Below are positions 30,432 to 37,401 of a DNA stretch of 64,000 bases, piece after piece (position 1 is the stretch's first letter; each line of letters opens with the position of its first letter). The position numbers and the translations under genes were made by a program. This DNA is from Alphaproteobacteria bacterium (GTDB lineage: Bacteria > Pseudomonadota > Alphaproteobacteria > Rickettsiales > JADKJE01). The notes under the pieces were generated by a model. It was not told the origin of the DNA and did not search any database. It saw only the letters and a list, made by a program, of their open reading frames with translations. The DNA is taken from assembly GCA_016722515.1 (NCBI GenBank), contig JADKJE010000002.1, positions 779,682-843,681 of the forward strand, in the 5' to 3' direction.

Positions 30432-30521
30432 GGCCTGTTCTAAAATGAAGTGCAACATCTTTTTGATTATCTGTTTCACAACAAACACCATAAGGTGTCG
30501 CGCTTCATTTTAGAACAGGCC
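30432..30521 (-). mobile_element. 90-bp MITE derived from IS30-family ends (copy A)
   Basis: GGCCTGTTCTAAAATGAAGTGCAACA...CGCTTCATTTTAGAACAGGCC terminal inverted repeats; the interior equals the first ~70 bp of the IS30 copy at 34123, inverted. Confidence 0.8.
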
Positions 30522-30528
30522 GGCTCAT

Positions 30529-30947
30529 TTAGTCCGACTTTGCGATACTCCGCACATAATGCGTCCCACGCCCCGTACCTTTTGCTTCAATAAGACCGAA
30601 ACCCAGCAACTTCTCAATATCCAGTTTCCGAGAAGCCAGGCTGCGGGAAGAAATAGCCTGATATTCACGCTGGGTTATGCTGCCATGCTCATTAATATAG
30701 TCTAAAACGAGCTGGTGATGTGGTTCAAGGCGGGGCTTAGCTTCTGCATTATCAGGTAGCATTTTATGCACGCGCTTCAATTCATCGAGGCATAGGTCGA
30801 CATTTCCCTGGCATTTAATTCTAGTTGCGCCAGCGACTTTGGTGTCAGATGCAGGCTCTTGATCTCACCAAGAGCCTCACCAATTTCACGAATGGTAAAA
30901 AGAAGCTTGTCAGTAATGGTATATCGAGGTTTCCATGGCATAACCAT
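30529..30947 (-). pseudogene. Fic-family protein remnant (N-terminal stub + C-terminal winged helix, Fic core deleted)
   Basis: 30947-30777 encodes MVMPWKPRYTITDKLLFTIREIGEALGEIKSLHLTPKSLAQLELNAREMSTYASMN*. A frame shift then leads into an 83-aa wHTH tail (HHQLVLDYINEHGSITQREYQAISSRSLASRKLDIEKLLGFGLIEAKGTGRGTHYV). No HPFxDGNGR motif. Confidence 0.6.
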
Positions 30948-30992
30948 AAATTAGCCGTAAATTAGCCAGTAATCAAGTCTTTAAACATCATC

Positions 30993-31082
30993 GGCCTGTT
31001 CTAAAATGAAGTGAAACACCTTATGATGTTTGTTGTGAAACAGATATTCAAAAAGATGTTGCACTTCATTTTAGAACAGGCC
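30993..31082 (+). mobile_element. 90-bp MITE derived from IS30-family ends (copy B)
   Basis: Same termini as copy A, interior in the opposite orientation; collinear with the IS30 left end at 34123. Confidence 0.8.
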
Positions 31083-31184
31083 AAGTGCCGAGGCTTTGGA
31101 TAGAAGATATTCACGAAAAGGGTCACACATTTATCGAACTCGATATAGCTTATCTCTGAAAATGACAGATAACGTGTTATAACC

Positions 31185-31250
31185 AGGTTTAGTAGTTAAT
31201 GAGACTTTCCTAAAAAATGTCAGAGTGTTGCTCTTCAAACGTGAACTAAG
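31185..31250 (+). mobile_element. IS30-family right-end remnant
   Basis: taatgagactttcctaaaaaatgtcagagtgttgctcttcaaacgtgaa versus taatgaggcattcctaaaaaaatgtcagaggtttgcacttcaaacttgaa at 35133-35183. Confidence 0.5.
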
Positions 31251-31313
31251 GCAGCTGAAGAATACTATCGCTAACTTAATGAATGAGACCGTAGTAAAGC
31301 TAGAAATAAAAAA

Positions 31314-31967
31314 CTAACCACATTGCCACAAGAATTTTCCTTTATCACCATTCGTGTTAATAAAAGCATACGCCACACCACAAGTACCAAAGTTAATTTC
31401 AAAAGGCAGTTGTGTCGAATCCAGTTGCAGAAGTAAAACCCAATCATCTCCCTCAGGAGATTCATCTCCCTGGATGAAAAGAGGGGTGCCACCTATCTTG
31501 TTTCCAGCAATAGAATTCATGATTTCTTCATAATTTGGGTCGTCCACATCAATACTTTCTAATGCAGGGGCGGCGATATCATTAACAATTTTTAATTGAA
31601 CATCATATTCAGAAGCTATAGTTGGTCCTACCGCAATTTCTTGAACGTCAGCCTCCAAAACATGGCTAGGTTGGATAATAACGGCATTCTCTCCGCTTTC
31701 TGGATCCCACGTTTCAGCATCTCCACCATCTTCATCACCTGTCATAAAAATATAAGCCATTTTACCTTTAGCATTTGGGAAGATGCTCGTATCGATAGCA
31801 ATTTGACAAATAAAGTTCATTGGCTTGCCGGTTGACCTGCTAATGGGCCACGATGCTTTTTCAAGCCAGACAGGGTTTCCACCAAACTTTGTTTTCAGAG
31901 CATCAATTGGCTCGTTAGTTTCTATAAAATTGATGTAAGCCGCAACATTAGTCATATTAGACTGCAT
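31314..31967 (-). CDS. YwqG/DUF1963-family protein (immunity-type)
   Basis: FGGNPVWLE...PMNFICQI...KIGGTPLFIQGDE...WVLLLQLDS...FGTCGVAYAFI pattern of DUF1963. Confidence 0.7.
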   Translation of the reverse strand: MQSNMTNVAAYINFIETNEPIDALKTKFGGNPVWLEKASWPISRSTGKPMNFICQIAIDTSIFPNAKGKMAYIFMTGDEDGGDAETWDPESGENAVIIQPSHVLEADVQEIAVGPTIASEYDVQLKIVNDIAAPALESIDVDDPNYEEIMNSIAGNKIGGTPLFIQGDESPEGDDWVLLLQLDSTQLPFEINFGTCGVAYAFINTNGDKGKFLWQCG

Positions 31968-32068
31968 CCGTTATTAATTATTGTTACTATTGCTAAGTAG
32001 TATATTTTTAACCGTGCGTCAAGTTTTTTATGTATCCTGTATCTTGATTGATGGACATTGATGGACTT

Positions 32069-32568
32069 TGAGGTCATAATCCAAGTGCACATTATTATGG
32101 GGGATAAATGCTTAGCGAAAATGAATTAATAGATGCACTTTGCGTGTATCTAAAAAGCTATGATTATAAAATTGTGGTAGCCCGCACAACGAAAGAGAAG
32201 GGAATCGATGTGATTGCTAAAAAGGGGACTAGCCGACTCTTAATAGAAACCAAAGGTGGAACCAGCTCTTTTAATGGTAGTAAGAGATATGAAAAAACGT
32301 TTAGTCCTTCTCAGATTTCAACAAGAGTTTCAAGAGGTTCTTATACAGCGGCTGATTTACGCAGTAACGAGCACCAAGGGGAAGATAAAATTGCTCTAGC
32401 ATTTCCAGATCATCCTACTTATCTTAAGTTTATAGCCAAAATCAGGCTGGTATTGGAAGAGCTTGATATTACTGTCTTTCTTATTGGTGATGATCGATCT
32501 GTAAAGTGTTTGCAAGGTCACGAATGTTGGAGATCATTTGATGTTGCTGCTGTTGATAACATCTTGTC
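32069..32568 (+). repeat. 0.5-kb cassette, copy 1 (diverged), G5 tract at 32099-32103
   Basis: Shares sharp left (TGAGGTCATAATCCAAGTGCAC) and right (GATAACATCTTGTC) boundaries with the copies at 41913-42413 and 50268-50769. Confidence 0.9.
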
Positions 32569-32584
32569 CATACCGGGTACATAA
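32108..32584 (+). CDS. small PD-(D/E)xK (Mrr/restriction-endonuclease-like) protein, copy 1
   Basis: GIDVIAKKGTSRLLIETKG gives D...ExK spacing typical of the PD-(D/E)xK fold; the C-terminal tail (IPGT*) lies beyond the repeat boundary. Confidence 0.55.
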   Translation: MLSENELIDALCVYLKSYDYKIVVARTTKEKGIDVIAKKGTSRLLIETKGGTSSFNGSKRYEKTFSPSQISTRVSRGSYTAADLRSNEHQGEDKIALAFPDHPTYLKFIAKIRLVLEELDITVFLIGDDRSVKCLQGHECWRSFDVAAVDNILSIPGT

Positions 32585-32721
32585 GGTTCCCCATGAAAAT
32601 TCACCGCATTGTTGAATAGGGTTGAGCATGCACCTATGGTTTTATCGCACCCAGCAATGGCGTTAAAGGTGTTACCGATGACTATGTTATTTCCTGACTT
32701 CTGCCAAATTTGGCTAGCACT

Positions 32722-33033
32722 TTATTCTTTAAATTGAGGGGAGTAAGAAAATTCAACTTCAAACTGATTACCAAGCTGATTATTGAGTGTTTCGCAGAGT
32801 CGCTTGCCTTCTGAAATAAAAAAGCTTTCTTCTTCTGTAGAATTAAATCCAGAATTTGAGGGATTATCCCAATTTAATGTTTTATCCCATTGTGCTGCCC
32901 ACTTCATTAAGTCATTTCCCAATTGTAATGAAATCGGAAGAGAAAAGGGATTAATGTTATACTCCTTAGTGTTTGGTTCCCAAATAGGATAACATTGATA
33001 ATCAGCCATTAATTTTAATTTTCTCATACGCAT
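32722..33033 (-). CDS. small immunity-type protein
   Basis: 103 aa, starts 2 nt after the stop of the toxin-domain remnant; MADYQCYPIWE... acidic/aromatic; paralog at 35147-35452. Confidence 0.55.
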   Translation of the reverse strand: MRMRKLKLMADYQCYPIWEPNTKEYNINPFSLPISLQLGNDLMKWAAQWDKTLNWDNPSNSGFNSTEEESFFISEGKRLCETLNNQLGNQFEVEFSYSPQFKE

Positions 33034-33035
33034 TC

Positions 33036-33515
33036 CTATCTTGGGTTTGCTCCTACGATATAACCATTATTGCCAATGGTGATAGCTACATTATATGGTT
33101 TTCCATTATATGTGAAAGCGTAAACGGGCCTACCTGTTCCAGTACCCTGGTGGCCTACTATTTTTCCATTCTTCACAGCAGTCATAAGAAAATCGGGAAG
33201 TTCTTCTTCTGAAATGCCTAGCTGTGCAAATTGTATGCCGTGTTCCTCAATTATGTGTTGAAGTCCTGCAGATGAATTTCCTGTTTCCAGAAAGACGATT
33301 TACCCATCTGCAGTTTTAGTGATTCCAATAATATTTTCAGGAGTATTTTAAACTCCCTTTGATACTAACTCTTGTATCAGTGTATCTTTGGTAGGTGTTG
33401 TTGCAGGAGCTCCGGATGAAAGAACCTCTGCTCCAATTCCCTTTGATTTAATAACTCCCATAACAGTTTTAATCGATATAGCACTTGCATAAGCGCCGGC
33501 GATTACTGTCTTAAC
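33036..33515 (-). pseudogene. orphan polymorphic-toxin C-terminal domain remnant (two in-frame TAA)
   Basis: Minus frame reads ...GAPATTPTKDTLIQELVSKGV*NTPENIIGITKTADG*IVFLETGNSSAGLQHIIEEHGIQFAQLGISEEELPDFLMTAVKNGKIVGHQGTGTGRPVYAFTYNGKPYNVAITIGNNGYIVGANPR*; stops at 33348-33350 and 33300-33302; no start codon. Confidence 0.6.
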
Positions 33516-34045
33516 TTAGCAGGTTTTGGAAGGCCATAATCATTATCTTTGGTGGCAAACCAAAAAGGGACACCCTCATGTTCGTCATATTCTGGCAAGG
33601 TCCTTAGGCTCTCATACATATACCAGGCTGTATCTGTAAATATTATTTTGACGGGTTCATTTTCGTTATATCTTCTATAAAAATCCAAACAGGATTCTAC
33701 ACATACTTCAAATGCACTAAAATAAACTTCAAATAGCTCAAATAGGTTATGTTTTTTAATGTCCAGCTTTGTATTTTTAATATCCAATTCTAATTCAGTA
33801 AAATTTATTTCCTGACATGAGATGGTCTTCAAAATACTTTTTATTTTTTCCATCAACATCGTGGCTTTTTCTAATTCTTCAATTTTTAAATACCTTCGAT
33901 ATAATCTATCTGTTATAGGATTATAGTCTGTATTGTTATCGCTTTGTAAAACAAACTTGCTGATAGCATTAAAAAATGCTTGCATATCTGAAGATGATCC
34001 TAATTCAATAATTCGACTTCCACCACAAAATCCGACCATTCGCAT
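33503..34045 (-). CDS. all-alpha immunity-type protein (180 aa), family uncertain
   Basis: Clean ORF in the toxin/immunity array; its upstream region is cut by the IS30 left end. Confidence 0.45.
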   Translation of the reverse strand: MRMVGFCGGSRIIELGSSSDMQAFFNAISKFVLQSDNNTDYNPITDRLYRRYLKIEELEKATMLMEKIKSILKTISCQEINFTELELDIKNTKLDIKKHNLFELFEVYFSAFEVCVESCLDFYRRYNENEPVKIIFTDTAWYMYESLRTLPEYDEHEGVPFWFATKDNDYGLPKPAKLRQ

Positions 34046-34122
34046 TTAAATAACCCCTTTCCAAATCATTATATTACTTCAAGGGCAAAAAAATAATGTA
34101 ATATTGATCACCAAGTTCAGTT

Positions 34123-35189
34123 GGCCTGTTCTAAAATGAAGTGCAACACCTTATGATGTTTGTTGTCAAAACAGATAATCAAAAAGATGTTGCGTATGAA
34201 AAGATATAACCATTTAAGTTATGATGAAAGAGTAAAGATATCTCAGCTGAAGCAATCTGGCCTGCAGCAGGCCAGATTGCTTCAGCGATCGGCCGTCCAG
34301 TGTGTACCGTTTATCGGGAGCTAAAGCGCAATGAAGCACCGCCAGGTCAATATTGGCCGGATACGGCACATCGCCTGGCAGCTGGCCGCCGTTGCCGTCA
34401 AGCGCGACTCGACAAGGATATCAAGCTCCAGGAATTTGTTATGGAACACATGCAGAACCATTTCTGGACACCTGAGCAAATCGCCGGTCATCTTAAGCAT
34501 GGTCAAACCGAGCTAAAATCCATTTGTCACGAAACGATCTACCACTGGATTTATCAGGGTTCCAGACGAAAAGAGAAAATCTGGAAGTTCCTTCCGCGGC
34601 ATAAAGCAAAGCGGGGACTAAGGAAATCTAAAGGCGCTGGTGCTTCACGTATACCAAACAGAGTCTCTATCCATCAACGGCCCAAGCACATTGATAAGCG
34701 GACAACATTTGGTCACTGGGAAGGGGATTTGATGAGCTTCTGTAAGGGCTCTCAACATATTCTGGTTCTCAGGGAAAGACAGACCATGTTTACCCTCAGC
34801 AAGCAATTGCCCAGTAAAAAGGCCGATGACGTTGCAAACGCAATCCTTAACCTGCTAACCAAAATACCTCAAAAAGCACGCAAGTCGTTGACTTTGGATA
34901 ATGGTGGTGAATTTACCCGTCACCAGTTATGGGGGTACAGCACTGGACATCAAAACCTTCTTCTGCGACCCATATGCATCATGGCAAAAGGGCGGCGTCG
35001 AGAATACCAATGGAAGACTGCGAAGAGACTTACCCAGAAAAACAAACATTCACACATACAACAAGGAGGATTTCAATGAAACCATTGATAACTATAACCT
35101 AACACCACGCAAAAAACTCAATTGGATAACTCCTAATGAGGCATTCCTAAAAAAATGTCAGAGGTTTGCACTTCAAACTTGAATGTGGC
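34123..35189 (+). mobile_element. IS30-family insertion sequence (about 1.07 kb), transposase inactivated
   Basis: IRL GGCCTGTTCTAAAATGAAGTGCAAC; imperfect IRR ...TGCACTTCAAACTTGAATGTGGC; transposase spread over three frames. Confidence 0.85.
34196..35182 (+). pseudogene. IS30-family transposase with at least two frameshifts
   Basis: MKRYNHLSYDERVKISQLKQSGL | GQIASAIGRPVCTVYRELKRN...DNGGEFTRHQLWG | ...DPYASWQKGGVENTNGRLRR...; DDE region recognisable; breaks near 34265 and 34930. Confidence 0.85.
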
Positions 35190-35452
35190 GTTTGCAATAG
35201 CAGAGAAAGTTCGTTCCCCCTTTTATTATGGGCTATTAATTCGTCTAAACTTTTAAAACATGAATCTGGGGGATAATCATCTGAAAAAGTTTCTTGATAT
35301 TGTTGATTCCAAAGATCAATTTGCCATTTTAACACATCAGATATCCTTAAATCAGCTAGGTCAACGTAGCCCATACTTTCTAAACCTGGATCAAAAATAG
35401 GAGGAGCACCATAAGTTGCTCCGAATCTTAAAATCTTCATAATGGCTTCCAT
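35147..35452 (-). CDS. small immunity-type protein; 3' end replaced by the IS30 right end
   Basis: Paralog of 32722-33033 by context and size; the last ~14 codons (TPHSSLKCKPLTFF) are antisense IS30 sequence. Confidence 0.5.
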   Translation of the reverse strand: MEAIMKILRFGATYGAPPIFDPGLESMGYVDLADLRISDVLKWQIDLWNQQYQETFSDDYPPDSCFKSLDELIAHNKRGNELSLLLQTPHSSLKCKPLTFF

Positions 35453-35625
35453 ACGCTTACTGGATTTGCACGAACGATATATCCATTAGATCCAATGCCA
35501 ATGGCTAGTTCTTGAATAATTCCATTATATACCACTTGGTATACCGGTGCCGATCCATTCGTTCCAATTATAGTGCCTTTTGATACTGCCTATGGCTGAA
35601 AGGTTTCTTGGTCTATTTCTCCCCA
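35437..35625 (-). pseudogene. second orphan toxin C-terminal stub
   Basis: WGEIDQETFQP*AVSKGTIIGTNGSAPVYQVVYNGIIQELAIGIGSNGYIVRANPVSVWKPL* aligns with the end of the 33036-33515 remnant; in-frame TAG at 35590-35592. Confidence 0.55.
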
Positions 35626-35628
35626 AAA

Positions 35629-35985
35629 TTATGCTTGATAGTCTTCAAATTCCCAGGCACAAATTTTACCAATCTTAACGGCTAATTGTTGCCAATCATT
35701 ACCTGTGCATGTTGATAAATAATCTTCTATTTTATCGCGGATAATCTGAATATCGTATGATGAAACAATCAATAAATGACGTCCCCAAAGTGCTTGTAAC
35801 GTACATTCATTCTTAAGCCATTCTGGTGTACATACTGTTAGATAAAATATGTCTGTGGCATCAGAATCATTTGCTCCAATATCCAGCCAAAGTTGGATCA
35901 TAAAACAATCATCTTGTTCTGGTTCATATTTCTCCAAATCCGGTATATTTGGAGAAAACACATTTTTCAATATAGGTTTAATCAT
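35629..35985 (-). CDS. Imm8-like immunity protein
   Basis: 118 aa; FYLTVCTPEWL...LLIVSSYD...CAWEFEDY pattern recalled from the Imm8 family; ATGA overlap with the upstream gene. Confidence 0.6.
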   Translation of the reverse strand: MIKPILKNVFSPNIPDLEKYEPEQDDCFMIQLWLDIGANDSDATDIFYLTVCTPEWLKNECTLQALWGRHLLIVSSYDIQIIRDKIEDYLSTCTGNDWQQLAVKIGKICAWEFEDYQA

Positions 35986-36725
35986 TTTATATTTAGGTGA
36001 CTATTGCTGGTTACGTTTCCATTCGGTTCATAAGGAGGGATGTCTACTCCATCTGTAACGCTGGTTATTTTAAAGTCAAATTGTTCTAAAAAGCGGATTA
36101 GTCCTTGGGCAAAATAAGGATCTCCTGCTTTGAATTTTTCGGTTTTAATTACTCCTTCTCCATAGGGTTCAAAAGGATACAGTCCCGAAGGATCAGAAAG
36201 CAGAAATTTTCTCTCTTTATTCAAAATTGAAGTTAAAAAGAATACTTCCCAACGTAAAGGATTATCTTCAGGGTAAGTCAAAATGTAATGTTTTTTATCC
36301 ACAATGATACATCCCGCATCCGTTACTGGAGCAATATCTTCTAGATCATATGGCTCTTCTCCTGCATGATCATTTAAGATATACTTAAGATAATTTTTTC
36401 CTAGATATGAATACTTCTTGAAAATTACTTCCCTGCTCTCTGAGACCAGCAATTTATTAAAGAAGTTTTTATCTTTAATAATAATATCTCTTGTCGTCGC
36501 GAAGCTCTGTATCGCATCTTTCCTATCATATTGCGTTTTTTCTTCAAAGACATACTGCATACAGAGTCTTACAGGATAATGATATTTAGTATTTTCAATT
36601 GGCCATACTCCTTCCTGTAAAAAGGCCATTGCGTTGTTGGCATACAAATTAATCATGATGAATGATAATAGCAATAATATGGAGGAATTATTTCTCTTTA
36701 TATAATTAATAAATATCATGATCAC
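35982..36725 (-). CDS. secreted protein (247 aa), unknown function; paralog of 42584-43303
   Basis: Signal peptide ...ANNAMA; C-terminal GDPYFAQGLIRFLEQFDFKITSV versus KDPYFAHGVIGYLEDRDFEITGV in the paralog. Confidence 0.6.
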   Translation of the reverse strand: MIMIFINYIKRNNSSILLLLSFIMINLYANNAMAFLQEGVWPIENTKYHYPVRLCMQYVFEEKTQYDRKDAIQSFATTRDIIIKDKNFFNKLLVSESREVIFKKYSYLGKNYLKYILNDHAGEEPYDLEDIAPVTDAGCIIVDKKHYILTYPEDNPLRWEVFFLTSILNKERKFLLSDPSGLYPFEPYGEGVIKTEKFKAGDPYFAQGLIRFLEQFDFKITSVTDGVDIPPYEPNGNVTSNSHLNIK

Positions 36726-36813
36726 GGCCTAGATTAATATGTGTAATTAAAGTGCAAAATATACTCAGGGGTTCTTTTGAAAAATGGCATTGAATATTTA
36801 AACCATAAATAAA

Positions 36814-37401
36814 TCATCTGTATATATCCATGATACTGATAAAATCAGTATCAATATGAATTCCACTACTTTGGAGACTGCTAATATTAATTTCTAAAAC
36901 AGTCTCTTTGTGCCCATTTGAACGAATAAAGAATCCGGCAATTCCTCCATTCTTTGCAAACCCTCTAATATCACTCATCGTAAGAATGGGTTTTCCCTTA
37001 GTGCTGGCTATGACCTCATCAATATGATCATTATTACCTTCACTGACAAAAAGGATATGGCAACCATAAAATGAATCTTTATATCCGACCTTCTTAACGG
37101 TAAGAGTATAAGGACTATGTTCTTTGGATGCAGCCTTGGGGATATATTCTTCCAACGGATCTCCTCGAAACAAGCATATCGTTAAAGGTTCTTTCTTAGA
37201 AGGTAAAACGCTTGTAGGCCATACGACATAATTTAGATACTTGATGATGAGAGATGCCTTCGTTGCTGGCCAAATATTCACTTTGGCAGCCGATACTTGA
37301 GAAAATGCGTCTGAAGAGGATATTAATATAAGCAATGAACACATAAGAAGCCGTATCAATGCGTATAGAACTTGCCTGTATTCGAATAAGGTGAAACTCA
37401 C
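36814..37401 (-). CDS. YfiR-like (DUF4154) periplasmic protein, module A
   Basis: Signal peptide; YVVWP, LTICL, CHILFVS, PILTMSD...GGIAGF, LEINISSLQSSGIHID match the YfiR pattern; GTG start abuts the TBDR stop. Confidence 0.8.
   Translation of the reverse strand: MSFTLFEYRQVLYALIRLLMCSLLILISSSDAFSQVSAAKVNIWPATKASLIIKYLNYVVWPTSVLPSKKEPLTICLFRGDPLEEYIPKAASKEHSPYTLTVKKVGYKDSFYGCHILFVSEGNNDHIDEVIASTKGKPILTMSDIRGFAKNGGIAGFFIRSNGHKETVLEINISSLQSSGIHIDTDFISIMDIYR

Noticed and set aside
32097-32110. Mini-uORF starting at the ATG inside ATTATGGGGGATAAATG in front of the cassette gene
   Set aside because: In all three G-tract lengths it terminates within 2-10 codons and never joins the main frame. The G tract is more simply read as the Shine-Dalgarno region.
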